Source: Planctomycetota bacterium (GTDB lineage: Bacteria; Planctomycetota; UBA8108; UBA1146; JAJFFE01). From it: a DNA stretch of 64,000 nucleotides. The position numbers and the translations under genes are program-made. Each line of letters begins with the position of its first letter. Positions within the stretch are counted from its first letter, which is position 1. Below, piece after piece: positions 28,413 through 38,384 of the stretch. A model generated the notes under the pieces. It saw only the letters and a list, made by a program, of their open reading frames with translations, had not been told where the DNA came from and made no database searches. The stretch is from NCBI GenBank assembly GCA_046154185.1, contig JBJXGE010000070.1, forward strand, positions 129,935 to 193,934, given 5' to 3'.

Positions 28413-30026
28413 ATGCGACTCCTCGCCTCTCAAGTTGAAACTCAGAGCCCCGAGTATCTCGCCAACCGCGAGGCCATGCAGGCGCGTCTCAACACTCTTC
28501 GCGAACGCACGCAATTCGTCGAGCGCGGCGGTCGCGACGAGGCCATCGCCCGTCACGTCGCGCGCGGCAAACTGTTTGTGCGCGACCGCATCACTGAGCT
28601 GCTCGACCCCGATTCACCATTTCTGGAAATCGGCGCGCTCGCCGCGTGGGAACTCTACGACAACGAAGCGCCGTCCGCGGGCGTCGTCACGGGCATCGGC
28701 CGCGTCGAAGGCCGCCTCGTCATGGTGGTCGCGAACGACGCCACCGTCAAAGGCGGCACTTACTTTCCGATTACGGTTAAGAAGCACCTCCGCGCGCAAG
28801 AGATTGCCGCGGAGAATCACTTGCCGTGCGTGTACTTAGTAGACTCGGGTGGCGCGTTCTTGCCGCTCCAGGATGAAGTGTTCCCCGATCGCGATCACTT
28901 CGGCCGCATTTTCTACAACCAAGCACGCATGTCGGCGCAGGGCATCGCCCAGATCGCCGTGGTGTTGGGCTCCTGCACGGCGGGCGGCGCGTATGTGCCG
29001 GCGATGAGCGACGAGGCGATCATCGTGCGCAATCAAGGCACGATTTTTCTCGGCGGACCGCCGCTCGTGAAGGCGGCGACCGGCGAGGAAGTGAGCGCCG
29101 AGGAACTCGGAGGCGGCGATGTCCATTGCCGCACGAGCGGTGTGACCGACCACTTAGCGCGCGATGACCGCGACGCGCTCGAACTCGCGCGCGCCGCCGT
29201 CGCGAATCTCAATCGCCGCAACGCTAGCGGCGCCGCCTTCGACCGCCAAGCCCCGGTCGACCCCGCCTACGACCCGCGCGAACTCTACGGCCTCGTGCCT
29301 CCCGATACGCGCAAGCCGCTCGAGATCCGCGAAGTGATCGCGCGCATCGTCGACGCCAGCTTGTTCAGCGAATTCAAACAGAATTACGGTACGACGCTCG
29401 TGTGTGGCTTCGCTCGCATCCACGGCTACCTGGTCGGCATCCTCGCGAATAACGGCGTGCTGTTCTCGGAGTCGGCGCTCAAGGCCACGCACTTCGTCGA
29501 ACTTTGCTCTCAGCGCGGGATCCCGACGATTTTCATCCAGAACATCACCGGCTTCATGGTCGGCAAGAAATACGAGCAAGGCGGCATCGCGAAGGATGGC
29601 GCGAAGCTCGTGCACGCAGTCGCGAATTCTCCAGCGCCACGGTTCACGGTCGTGGTCGGTGGATCGCACGGCGCCGGCAACTACGGCATGTGCGGGCGCG
29701 CGTATCAGCCGCGACAGATGTGGATGTGGCCGAACGCGCGCATCTCCGTCATGGGCGGCGAGCAAGCGGCGCAGGTGCTGCTCACCGTCAAGCGCGACCA
29801 GCTCGCCGCGAAAAAACAGCGACTCACCGCGGCCGCGGAAGAGGAGATCGTCGCGCCGATTCTCGCGAAGTACGACACCGAGGGTAGTCCGTACTACTCG
29901 ACCGCGCGACTGTGGGACGACGGCATCATCGACCCCGCGCGCACGCGCGATGTTTTAGGTCTCGGCATCGAGGTCGCGGCCGAAGCGCCGCTCGCCGAGC
30001 GACGCGTCGGCATCTACCGCATGTAG
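28413..30026 (+). CDS. Methylcrotonyl-CoA carboxylase carboxyltransferase (beta) subunit
   Basis: Acyl-CoA carboxyltransferase family, 537 aa. It is clustered with methylglutaconyl-CoA hydratase-like, biotin carboxylase, BCCP and HMG-CoA lyase genes. Confidence 0.85.
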   Translation: MRLLASQVETQSPEYLANREAMQARLNTLRERTQFVERGGRDEAIARHVARGKLFVRDRITELLDPDSPFLEIGALAAWELYDNEAPSAGVVTGIGRVEGRLVMVVANDATVKGGTYFPITVKKHLRAQEIAAENHLPCVYLVDSGGAFLPLQDEVFPDRDHFGRIFYNQARMSAQGIAQIAVVLGSCTAGGAYVPAMSDEAIIVRNQGTIFLGGPPLVKAATGEEVSAEELGGGDVHCRTSGVTDHLARDDRDALELARAAVANLNRRNASGAAFDRQAPVDPAYDPRELYGLVPPDTRKPLEIREVIARIVDASLFSEFKQNYGTTLVCGFARIHGYLVGILANNGVLFSESALKATHFVELCSQRGIPTIFIQNITGFMVGKKYEQGGIAKDGAKLVHAVANSPAPRFTVVVGGSHGAGNYGMCGRAYQPRQMWMWPNARISVMGGEQAAQVLLTVKRDQLAAKKQRLTAAAEEEIVAPILAKYDTEGSPYYSTARLWDDGIIDPARTRDVLGLGIEVAAEAPLAERRVGIYRM

Positions 30027-30037
30027 GAGCACGTCGA

Positions 30038-30832
30038 ATGCAGTTTCAGTATTTGCTCGTCGATCATTCGACGGCGGTCGCACGCGTCACGTTGAATCGT
30101 CCCGAACTGCACAATGCGTTTAGCGATGAAGTGATTGTCGAGTTGCGCCGCGCGTTCGACCAACTCGCCGCAACGCCGCACGTGCGTGTGATTGTCCTTG
30201 CCGGCGCCGGCAAGTCGTTTTCCGCGGGCGCCGACGTAAACTGGATGCGGCGCATGGTCGACTACAGTCGCGCCGACAACGAGCGCGACGCGCGCGCCAT
30301 GGCCGAGATGTTTCGCGCCATCGATCGCTCACCCGCGCCGGTCATTGCGCGCGTGCACGGCGCCGCGCTCGGCGGCGGCACGGGACTCGCCGCCGTCGCG
30401 GACATCGCGGTCGCCGCCGAGAGCGCAAAGTTTGCGCTCTCCGAAGTGCGACTCGGCATTATTCCGGCCGTGATCTCACCGTACGTGCTCGCGAAGATCG
30501 GCGTGGCGCGGGCGCGCGAGTACTTCCTAACGGGCGAGCGCATCGACGCGCGCCGCGCCGCCGAGATTGGATTGGTAGCGCACGTCGTGCCGGACTCCGA
30601 ACTTGATGCCGAGGTCGCGCGCATCACCGGCGAACTCCTGAAGTCCGGCCCGCAAGCGGTCGCCACCGCGAAAGCGCTTATCCGCAAAGTCGCGGCGGAA
30701 ACGGATCCCGATCGTGTGCTCACGCTCACCTCGCAGGCCATCGCCGAGCGTCGCGCGAGCGACGAAGGGCAAGAAGGCTTGAAGGCTTTTCTCGAGAAAC
30801 GCCCGCCGAGCTGGATCAAGGACGCCGAGTAA
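30038..30832 (+). CDS. Enoyl-CoA hydratase/isomerase family (methylglutaconyl-CoA hydratase-like)
   Basis: ATG at 30038 with AGGAGC upstream. Crotonase fold with VIVLAGAGKSFSAGADV. Confidence 0.8.
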   Translation: MQFQYLLVDHSTAVARVTLNRPELHNAFSDEVIVELRRAFDQLAATPHVRVIVLAGAGKSFSAGADVNWMRRMVDYSRADNERDARAMAEMFRAIDRSPAPVIARVHGAALGGGTGLAAVADIAVAAESAKFALSEVRLGIIPAVISPYVLAKIGVARAREYFLTGERIDARRAAEIGLVAHVVPDSELDAEVARITGELLKSGPQAVATAKALIRKVAAETDPDRVLTLTSQAIAERRASDEGQEGLKAFLEKRPPSWIKDAE

Positions 30833-32332
30833 ATGCGCGTCTTGGTGGCGAATCGCGGCGAGATTGCACTCCGCGTCCTGCGCGGAGTGAAGACGCTTGG
30901 GCACGAGGCGATCGCCGTGTATTCCGACGTCGATGCCGCGCTCCCGTTCGTGCGCGCCGCGGATCACGCCGCGTGCATCGGTCCCGCGCCCGCGGCGGAG
31001 AGCTATCTTTCCATCGAAAAAATCATCGCTGCGTGCCGCACAACCGGCGCGACCGCGGTGCATCCGGGTTATGGCTTCTTGTCAGAAAATCCACGTTTCG
31101 CGGACGCCGTCGAAAGCGCTGGGATTGTCTTCATCGGGCCGACGGGCGCATCGATGCGCCTCATGGGCGATAAGACAGCGGCCATCGAAACCGCGCGCGC
31201 CGCGCAAGTGCCGACCGTACCGTCTTACACACCGGCAACCGGCGAAGATCCAAAACGCCTCGCACGCGAAGCCCAGAACATCGGCTTTCCCGTGCTGATC
31301 AAGGCCGCCGCCGGCGGCGGCGGCAAGGGCATGCGCGTCGCTCGCAATCTAGCGGAACTCGCCGAGCTGCTGCCTTCCGCGGTGCGCGAATCGACCTCGG
31401 CTTTCGGCGACGGCCGCGTATTCATTGAACGATACATCGAACGCGCGCGGCACGTGGAAGTGCAAGTACTCGGCGACGGCAAGGGTGATGGCGTGGCACT
31501 GGGCGAACGGGACTGCACGCTGCAACGCAGGCATCAAAAACTCATCGAAGAGGCGCCGGCCCCGCGACTCGCGGACGCCGTGCGCACACGCCTCCACGCG
31601 GCGGCAGTCGCGCTCGTCAAGAAGACGAGCTACCGCGGCGCCGGCACGATCGAATTCATCCTCACGCCAACGGGCGAGTTCTTCTTCTTGGAGATGAACA
31701 CGCGTCTCCAAGTCGAGCACCCAGTCACGGAGCTGGTGCATGGCATCGATCTCGTGGCGCTGCAGCTTGCCGTCGCGCTCGACGAGCCGCTGCCCGCAAG
31801 TTTGCGAAATTGCGTGCCGCGCGGACACGCGATCGAAGTGCGCGTCTACGCCGAGACGCCCGCAACCGGATTCTTGCCGAGCATAGGACGGCTCACGGAA
31901 GTGGTGTGGCCGGCGGGCCCGGGCATTCGCGTCGACGCCGGCTACGAGCGCGGCAACGAAGTGTCGATGCACTACGATCCGCTGATCGCGAAGATCATCG
32001 CGCACGGCGCCGATCGCGCGCAGTGCATCGCGCGCTTGCGGAGCGCCCTCGCCGAGACGTTCGTCGCGGGCGTTGATACGACCGTCGGCTACTGTCGTGA
32101 TCTCTTGGGTCGCGCCGAGTTCCGCGACATGGACGTCTACACGACCTTCATTCAGGAACAAGCGAACGGCGCATCGCCGACGACGAGCGACGATGGTTGG
32201 ACACGCGCGGCAGCCGCCGCCGCGGTTTTTCTAGGCGTGCAAGAAGGCGCGCGCGCCGCGAACGGCGCAGGCGCGCAGCAGATTGCACCGTTGTGGCAGA
32301 GCCTCCCCGGCTGGAAAATGTGCAACTCATGA
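30833..32332 (+). CDS. Biotin carboxylase (alpha subunit of MCC, BC domain only)
   Basis: MRVLVANRGEIALRVLR is the classic BC N-terminus. The ATP-grasp region follows. Ends with TGA at 32330-32332. Confidence 0.9.
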   Translation: MRVLVANRGEIALRVLRGVKTLGHEAIAVYSDVDAALPFVRAADHAACIGPAPAAESYLSIEKIIAACRTTGATAVHPGYGFLSENPRFADAVESAGIVFIGPTGASMRLMGDKTAAIETARAAQVPTVPSYTPATGEDPKRLAREAQNIGFPVLIKAAAGGGGKGMRVARNLAELAELLPSAVRESTSAFGDGRVFIERYIERARHVEVQVLGDGKGDGVALGERDCTLQRRHQKLIEEAPAPRLADAVRTRLHAAAVALVKKTSYRGAGTIEFILTPTGEFFFLEMNTRLQVEHPVTELVHGIDLVALQLAVALDEPLPASLRNCVPRGHAIEVRVYAETPATGFLPSIGRLTEVVWPAGPGIRVDAGYERGNEVSMHYDPLIAKIIAHGADRAQCIARLRSALAETFVAGVDTTVGYCRDLLGRAEFRDMDVYTTFIQEQANGASPTTSDDGWTRAAAAAAVFLGVQEGARAANGAGAQQIAPLWQSLPGWKMCNS

Positions 32333-32808
32333 GCGACGCGCCGAAGAGTCCCGCGCGCGTGCGCCGCGACGGTGATCGCCTCCAGATCGATGTTCCGGAT
32401 GAAGCGGCACCCTACACGGTCGTTTCGTGGTTGCCGCCGCGTCTCGTCCTCGCTCGCGGTCCCGAGCAGCGCGCGTTCTTCATCGCCGGCGACGCCGACT
32501 TTCTGTGGCTCGGACACGATGGCCACGTCGTGCGCACGGCGCGCGCCGGTCGCCGCCGCAGCGGCGCGGCGCATGCCGCGCAAGGCCACGAAGACTTGTC
32601 GTCACCGATGCCGGGCAAGGTGCTCGCGGTACTCGTTGCGGAAGGTGACCACGTGAAAGCCGGCCAACAACTGCTCGTCGTGGAAGCGATGAAAATGGAA
32701 TCGCCCATCCGAGCGCCGCACGACGCCGTGGTCACGCGCATTCGCACGACCAAAGGCGCAAGCGTCGCGCCGGGCGAAACGCTGATCGAGTTAGAGGCAA
32801 AAGCGTGA
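32329..32808 (+). CDS. Biotin carboxyl carrier (biotinyl/lipoyl) subunit encoded separately
   Basis: The ATG at 32329 overlaps the upstream TGA (ATGA). The biotinylation motif EAMKME lies near the C-terminus. Confidence 0.7.
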   Translation: MSDAPKSPARVRRDGDRLQIDVPDEAAPYTVVSWLPPRLVLARGPEQRAFFIAGDADFLWLGHDGHVVRTARAGRRRSGAAHAAQGHEDLSSPMPGKVLAVLVAEGDHVKAGQQLLVVEAMKMESPIRAPHDAVVTRIRTTKGASVAPGETLIELEAKA

Positions 32809-33746
32809 CGGCGCGCCTTCGCGATCGCCTGCCGCGCACCGTGCGCGTCGTCGAAGTCGGCCCGCGTGACGGACTCCAGAATCAACCGCACCAAATTCCG
32901 ACGGACATCAAAGCCGAGTGGATTCGGCGACTCGATCGTGTCGGCCTCAGCGAGATCGAGGCGACCTCGTTCGTGCATCCGAAATGGGTGCCGCAGCTCG
33001 CCGACGCGACGCCGCTGCTCGCGGAACTCGCGCGCGGCACGCCGCTGCGAACGCCGCTCTCGGCGCTCGTACCAAATCTCAAAGGGCTCGAGCCCGCGCT
33101 CGCCGCCGGGCTCGAACGCATCGCGCTCTTCACCGCGGCATCGGAGACGTTTAGCAAAAAGAACACGAACGCGAGTCTCGACGAGACGCTCGCGCGCTTT
33201 GCTGAAGTGTTTGCCGTGCTCGCCGCGCGGCCGACCGGAGGACGCGTGCGCGTGCGCGGCTACGTTTCGACGTGCTTCGGTTGTCCGTACGAGGGCGCGA
33301 TTTCGCCGGCCGCGGTCGTGCATGTTGCGCGCCGCCTCCGCGAACTCGGCTGCGCCGAGATCGCACTCAGCGACACGATCGGTGTTGCCACGCCCGCGCA
33401 AGTGGAAGAGGTCGTGCTCGCGGTCGCCGAGCATGTGCCGCTCGGCGACCTGGCGCTCCACTTTCACGACACGCGCGGCACGGCGCTTGCAAATGTCTAC
33501 GCCGGCCTCTTACTCGGCGTGCAAACTTTCGATGCGTCGGCGGGCGGTCTCGGCGGCTGTCCGTTCGCGCCCGGCGCCGCCGGCAATCTCGCGACCGAGG
33601 ATCTCGTGTACATGCTTCAAGGTCTCGGCCTTGCCGGTGATGTCGATCTGGCTGCGCTCGGCGCGGCGACGCTTTGGTTCGAGGCGCAACACGGCGCCAC
33701 GTTGCCCGGTCGCGTGCTCGGGAGTTTGCGAGGCCCGCAGAAGTAG
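32805..33746 (+). CDS. Hydroxymethylglutaryl-CoA lyase
   Basis: VRVVEVGPRDGLQNQ near the N-terminus. DRE-TIM family. The GTG start overlaps the upstream TGA. Confidence 0.85.
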   Translation: MTARLRDRLPRTVRVVEVGPRDGLQNQPHQIPTDIKAEWIRRLDRVGLSEIEATSFVHPKWVPQLADATPLLAELARGTPLRTPLSALVPNLKGLEPALAAGLERIALFTAASETFSKKNTNASLDETLARFAEVFAVLAARPTGGRVRVRGYVSTCFGCPYEGAISPAAVVHVARRLRELGCAEIALSDTIGVATPAQVEEVVLAVAEHVPLGDLALHFHDTRGTALANVYAGLLLGVQTFDASAGGLGGCPFAPGAAGNLATEDLVYMLQGLGLAGDVDLAALGAATLWFEAQHGATLPGRVLGSLRGPQK

Positions 33747-34646
33747 ATGGAGATACCGATGACTCCGGCAAAGGAACTGACGATGGCTCCATCTCACAAG
33801 AAAATCAGACATGTTGGGTCGATCGCGGCGCTCGGCCTCATCACATGGGCTTTCATTTCCGCGCAGGAAACGCCGGCGCCACCGCCGCCGCGCACGAATC
33901 CGCACGAACTGCTGAACGCCACGCTCTGGATACAGCGGGCGGCCGAGTATCGCGCGTGCTGTTGGCAGGCGTATGCGCTTGCGCGCGTGCAACTCGACCG
34001 TGCGCTCACCGATCCGAATTGGACGGCGGCTCTCGAGCAAACCGGTGCGGCGCTCGAAGGCTTGCCGCCGGCCGTGATTCTCGACCTCGACGAGACGGTG
34101 CTCGACAATTCGGCGTTCGAAGCGCGACTGATTCGCGACGGCACCGAGTTTGTAACGAACACGTGGGACCCGTGGGTTGCGGAAGCGTCGGCGGCGGCGG
34201 TGCCGGGCGCCGTCGAGTTTTGCCGATACGCGCGGGAGCGCGGCGTGACGGTCTACTACGTCACGAATCGGGACGAGCGTCACCTTGCGGACACGCGACG
34301 CAATCTCGAGCGCTTGTCGTTGCCACTCGTCGCCGAACAAAACACGATCTTGTGCCGCACCGAGAATTCGGACAAAGCGCCGAGGCGCGAGTTCGTCGCC
34401 AAATCTCATCGCGTGCTGTTGTTGATCGGCGACAACAACGGCGACTTCGCATCAGACTATACGCGCAAGACCGAGCCCGAGCGCGCGGCCGCAGCCGAAC
34501 GACATCGAAAATTCTTCGGCGAAAAGTGGATTGTGTTGCCGAACCCTATGTATGGCGACTGGGACGGCGCGCTGATCGGCTACGACTGGAAACAGCCGCA
34601 AGAGCAGCGGCTAGTGAAGAAACTGGCAGCGTTGCGATTTCAGTGA
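33747..34646 (+). CDS. Class B acid phosphatase / 5-prime-nucleotidase, lipoprotein e(P4) family (HAD superfamily)
   Basis: DLDETVLDNS (DxDxT motif) and IGDNNGDF. A signal-like segment follows the first 12 aa. Confidence 0.7.
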   Translation: MEIPMTPAKELTMAPSHKKIRHVGSIAALGLITWAFISAQETPAPPPPRTNPHELLNATLWIQRAAEYRACCWQAYALARVQLDRALTDPNWTAALEQTGAALEGLPPAVILDLDETVLDNSAFEARLIRDGTEFVTNTWDPWVAEASAAAVPGAVEFCRYARERGVTVYYVTNRDERHLADTRRNLERLSLPLVAEQNTILCRTENSDKAPRREFVAKSHRVLLLIGDNNGDFASDYTRKTEPERAAAAERHRKFFGEKWIVLPNPMYGDWDGALIGYDWKQPQEQRLVKKLAALRFQ

Positions 34647-34649
34647 GCG

Positions 34650-35546
34650 TCAGAAGTTGACGCACCACATCAGCAGTATGCCGTCGCCGGCGGCGGTCGG
34701 CGCTGGCACGAACTTCCAGATCTCAAAAATCCCATCGCCGTCGCGGCCATAATGCGCGTCCCAAACTGTGTTCGCGAGGTAGCCGCCGATAATGATCGAC
34801 GCGGCGACATCGGTCGGAAAATGCTTGTCGTTTTCGACGCGCGTGAACGCCGTGTAGATGACGCCGCCATAGAGGGCGAGCTCGGCCGGCACGAACCAGA
34901 GACTCTGCGCGCGCAACCAGCGCCCCGAGACCACCGCGCCCGCCATTGCGCTCGCCACGTGCCCGGATGGAAACGAGCGATTCGACGGGTTCGCGCGCCC
35001 GCCGCGACCGGAATTATTGTTCGGTCGTTCGCGGCCGACGAGCGGCTTCAGAAGCTCTGTCGCTAGCACCGTCCACCCCACCGACTCGACGCCGACTTCG
35101 ACGAGTTCCAGCGCCGAATCCGACTCCGGCGGAAACACCGCCGCCGCGCCGGCCGCAACCAGCGGCGAACCCGCGAGCACCGCGGCGACGACATCGCCGT
35201 GACGACTGCCGCTCGACCCACCAACGGGACGGTCGCGCGTGAGCCGTCGCGAAATCCGATCATCCTCCTCGGCGAGAAACGGCAATGCCACCAGCGTCGC
35301 GATCGACGGCAAGTGTTGCGGATTGAGCGGTGAAGCCGCTGCGAGCCAAGGATCTGCCTGAACGTGCGCGGCGAGCCAGGATCGGTCGGTTGGTTCTGGG
35401 TTAGCGCGTTGCGGCGTAGCGCTGCAGCCGACGAAGGGCAGCGCGCTGACGAAAAACAAACACGCGACATCGCACCGGTTACTGAGTCTTGCGATCCAGT
35501 GACTCGCCCGACTCTGCTCTTTGCAGCTCGAACCCGTGTGCACCAA
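34650..35546 (-). CDS. PAP2-family (type 2 phosphatidic acid phosphatase-like) membrane phosphatase
   Basis: KPLVGRERP ... PSGH ... (SR..H) motifs. The start is probably an internal Met. Confidence 0.6.
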   Translation of the reverse strand: MVHTGSSCKEQSRASHWIARLSNRCDVACLFFVSALPFVGCSATPQRANPEPTDRSWLAAHVQADPWLAAASPLNPQHLPSIATLVALPFLAEEDDRISRRLTRDRPVGGSSGSRHGDVVAAVLAGSPLVAAGAAAVFPPESDSALELVEVGVESVGWTVLATELLKPLVGRERPNNNSGRGGRANPSNRSFPSGHVASAMAGAVVSGRWLRAQSLWFVPAELALYGGVIYTAFTRVENDKHFPTDVAASIIIGGYLANTVWDAHYGRDGDGIFEIWKFVPAPTAAGDGILLMWCVNF

Positions 35547-37113
35547 TAAATCCCCAGGGCGTTGTCAGATTATCGACGATTGCCAACGTCGCGATTCGGC
35601 CACGCAGGCTCGTTAGCTCCCAGCGAACTTCAAACGGCAAATTATCGCAACGGCCCGTCATGCGCCGATGGGCGCGCGGACCATCCCACAGTTCGATCGC
35701 GAGCTGTCCGGGATCATAGCCGCCGTGCACGAAGAATCGCAACTCGAGCGCGTCGTCGGGCACGAGGAAACACTGATACAAACGGCCAACATTGTCGTCG
35801 CCCTTCTTGCCGAAACTCGAAAGACGCCCCGCGCCGCGACCGCCGTAGACCAAGAACTGATCCGCGCCGTCTTCCGCGATCCAGCCGTCAAGACCTTGCG
35901 TGAAGTCGCCGTTCTTGAGCGCTCGTTGCTCGCGATCCGCACGCGCCGCGACGGCCGCCTCCGCTGCTGGCACTTCCCGCACGACATCCGCACACGGCGG
36001 TCGATCGTATGCAAAGCCGAATTCCGCGTGCGGACTTTCATCGCAGTATCCGAACCAAAATTCGCCGCCTGCTTGAAACGGCTCACGCAATTCGAAGTTC
36101 TCGATCGCCGGCCCGCCGGGAATCGGCGACTTCGTGCCCCAGTAAACGCGACGCCCGTTGGTGCGACAACGCACGCGACTGTCCCAGGTCCCTGCGCGCT
36201 TGAGCCAAAACTGCGCTTGCCAACGCCCGAGATGGCGCCAGGCGCCATCCGGCAGCGGCCAAACTTCGCTCGGCTCGACTTCGTCTGGCGAGATCGCGAC
36301 GACCAAATCACCGGCGAGCGTCTGATGCAACTCGGCCGCTGGGATCAGCGATCGCTCCATGAAGCCGTTGCGTCGATGGTCCGAGAACAACGCGTGCGCA
36401 CTCTCGGCGCGTTCCGCGAGCCAAAGATCCCGACAACGCGATTGGTTGCCCATTGTCGCCGTCAGTACGCACTCTTTGAGCGGTGCGCACTTCTCCGCGG
36501 CGAAAGTGCGCAAACACACGCGCCGCGGCTCTTGTTGATGGAGCGTGACTTCAATGATCGGGCGCGCGCCGTTGGCGAACTCCTCGACGTGAATCGCGAA
36601 GCGCAAGGCCGGACCGAACTCGGTCGTTAGCAATTCAGACGGCGGTATCGCGTCGGCGTCGACGGGTTGCGCGTCGACTTGCGACGACAAGCGAAACTGT
36701 TTGCCACGTTCGCCGTCCGCCGAACGCTCCAACTCCGAGAGTCCACGTTTTCCATCGACCAGCGGTTCGACCGCGATGTAATTGATCAGCGTGAATTTCC
36801 CGTTCTCTTCGTAGCCGACGCGCAACAATCCACGCGGACCGCCTTCGGGTCGGGCGTCCAGCGCTGCCGGATAGACAGCGACAACGATTCCGCCCCGCAC
36901 TCCGTAGATCGGCGGGTCGCCGGCCTTCATGGGCCGAATAAAATCCGCGGCCAGTGGACTCGCGAGGAACAAGCAACAAACGATCGCGCCAACCACGACG
37001 CGACTCGTCGTCGCGCGCCAACAACGCGTTTCGATTGCGAAGACCGCTGCGCGGTGTCGTTTCGCACGCTGGTTATGAACTGTCATCTGTCTCCCCCGAA
37101 AGGAATACACCAC
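35479..37113 (-). CDS. Hypothetical secreted protein
   Basis: A long ORF with a hydrophobic N-terminal segment VVVGAIVCCLFLASPLAADF. No recognisable domain. Confidence 0.45.
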   Translation of the reverse strand: MVYSFRGRQMTVHNQRAKRHRAAVFAIETRCWRATTSRVVVGAIVCCLFLASPLAADFIRPMKAGDPPIYGVRGGIVVAVYPAALDARPEGGPRGLLRVGYEENGKFTLINYIAVEPLVDGKRGLSELERSADGERGKQFRLSSQVDAQPVDADAIPPSELLTTEFGPALRFAIHVEEFANGARPIIEVTLHQQEPRRVCLRTFAAEKCAPLKECVLTATMGNQSRCRDLWLAERAESAHALFSDHRRNGFMERSLIPAAELHQTLAGDLVVAISPDEVEPSEVWPLPDGAWRHLGRWQAQFWLKRAGTWDSRVRCRTNGRRVYWGTKSPIPGGPAIENFELREPFQAGGEFWFGYCDESPHAEFGFAYDRPPCADVVREVPAAEAAVAARADREQRALKNGDFTQGLDGWIAEDGADQFLVYGGRGAGRLSSFGKKGDDNVGRLYQCFLVPDDALELRFFVHGGYDPGQLAIELWDGPRAHRRMTGRCDNLPFEVRWELTSLRGRIATLAIVDNLTTPWGFIGAHGFELQRAESGESLDRKTQ

Positions 37114-37362
37114 GTGTCATGACACGCAGTTGGACGAGACACTATGGCACCGAAACCGAGGGAAGGGAAGCCGTGAGCTGAGCGCGCGGGAATAGCCGAT
37201 ACGCGACTTTGTCCGAATTCCCAGCACGGGACTCCAGCCGTGCGTGCGTAAGCTCTGTACGCCGTCGTCGCATTTCCTTTAACGAAGAATAGACAAAGAA
37301 AATAAGCCAGAGGTTTTTGGCGCTCGCGACGCCAACGTCGCGAGCACCAAAGATTTTCATCG

Positions 37363-38244
37363 CTACGGAAGCTGAACCTCGTCGTCGAACTTGTAATCGC
37401 TATACGTGAAAACCGACGAGCTCATCTGCTGCTCGCCCATCCGCGACACCATCGTCTCTTTCACTGGCACGTAATACTTGCCGACGACTGCGTATTCGTT
37501 CTCGACCGTCACTGCAATCGTGCCCATGCCTTGAATCGCGATGTTGATCACTTGTTTCTTGAGTACGTACTGCCCCTCGTGCTCTGCGAATTCCGTCGTC
37601 ATCAAGCCCGCGGTCGGCGGACCCGCCTTCTTGAAATTCATTTCGAGACTCGCCGGCAGGCCTTGCGCGTTGAGCGTGACACTCTTGATGCCATCCAATT
37701 GATCGCCTTCACACACGATCTTCGTCTTGCCGTCGACGAGCACACTCGACAACTTGCAGCCGGAGAACTGGTCCGGCCAGCGCGTGTCGCGAAAGTGCTC
37801 TTCGAGCTTTTTCGCTTCCAAGCCCGCGCGCGCCGCGCTGCCGCGATCCGCCGCATTCGCGAACGACAACTTGCCGGCCTGGCCGTCCCAAGCGTAGTCG
37901 AACGCTCCTTCCGACGAAGTACCCATCGCTTCGGTCTTAAACGTCCCCTTCAGAGTCGCTTTCTTGAGCCCTTTCCGAGCGGCCATGTAGCTCAGCTCGT
38001 CCATCTTGTCGAGCAGCTTGGCGGTCTCAGGATCGGCGGTCCCGGGCGTTTTCTTCTCCGCCGCCGGGGGGGCGCCGTTGCCCGGTTTGAGGGTCTCCGG
38101 TTTCGCCGGCTCGGGCTTATTGACCGGCGGAATCGGCACGGGCTTCGGTTCGGCGGGCGGAGCCTGACCGACAACGATATGGCCCATCGCGAACATCCAG
38201 CCGGCGAGCAGCAGAAACATCACGGACCTGCGAATCGACATGCG
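37363..38244 (-). CDS. Hypothetical secreted protein with Pro/Lys-rich linker
   Basis: Start MSIRRSVMFLLLAGWMFAMG (signal), followed by a PPAEPKPVPIPPVNKPEPAKPETLKPG linker. Confidence 0.5.
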   Translation of the reverse strand, partial: RMSIRRSVMFLLLAGWMFAMGHIVVGQAPPAEPKPVPIPPVNKPEPAKPETLKPGNGAPPAAEKKTPGTADPETAKLLDKMDELSYMAARKGLKKATLKGTFKTEAMGTSSEGAFDYAWDGQAGKLSFANAADRGSAARAGLEAKKLEEHFRDTRWPDQFSGCKLSSVLVDGKTKIVCEGDQLDGIKSVTLNAQGLPASLEMNFKKAGPPTAGLMTTEFAEHEGQYVLKKQVINIAIQGMGTIAVTVENEYAVVGKYYVPVKETMVSRMGEQQMSSSVFTYSDYKFDDEVQLP

Positions 38245-38384
38245 GCCTCCAGATTCTCGGTTCAAAAGTGCGTTCAACAAGAAAGCCGCGCCATTGTATG
38301 GCGCGCCCCGAACGACAGCCACGCCAATAGGCGCCGCGCAGATCGCGGCTGCGTCGCGATCGCGCGATCTCGTAGAATCCGCGC

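Noticed and set aside
31349-32161. 270-aa antisense ORF within the biotin carboxylase gene
   Set aside because: The biotin carboxylase frame is unambiguous. The antisense ORF has no features.
33510-34409. 299-aa antisense ORF and the 298-aa alternate-frame ORF 32866..33762 over the HMG-CoA lyase and phosphatase genes
   Set aside because: Both are Arg-rich spurious frames. The sense frames carry diagnostic motifs.
37321-37350. Hairpin GCTCGCGACG-CCAA-CGTCGCGAGC as terminator of the minus-strand gene 37363..38244
   Set aside because: The flanking T-run is on the wrong side for minus-strand termination. It could be a plus-strand structure or a REP-like element and was left uncalled.
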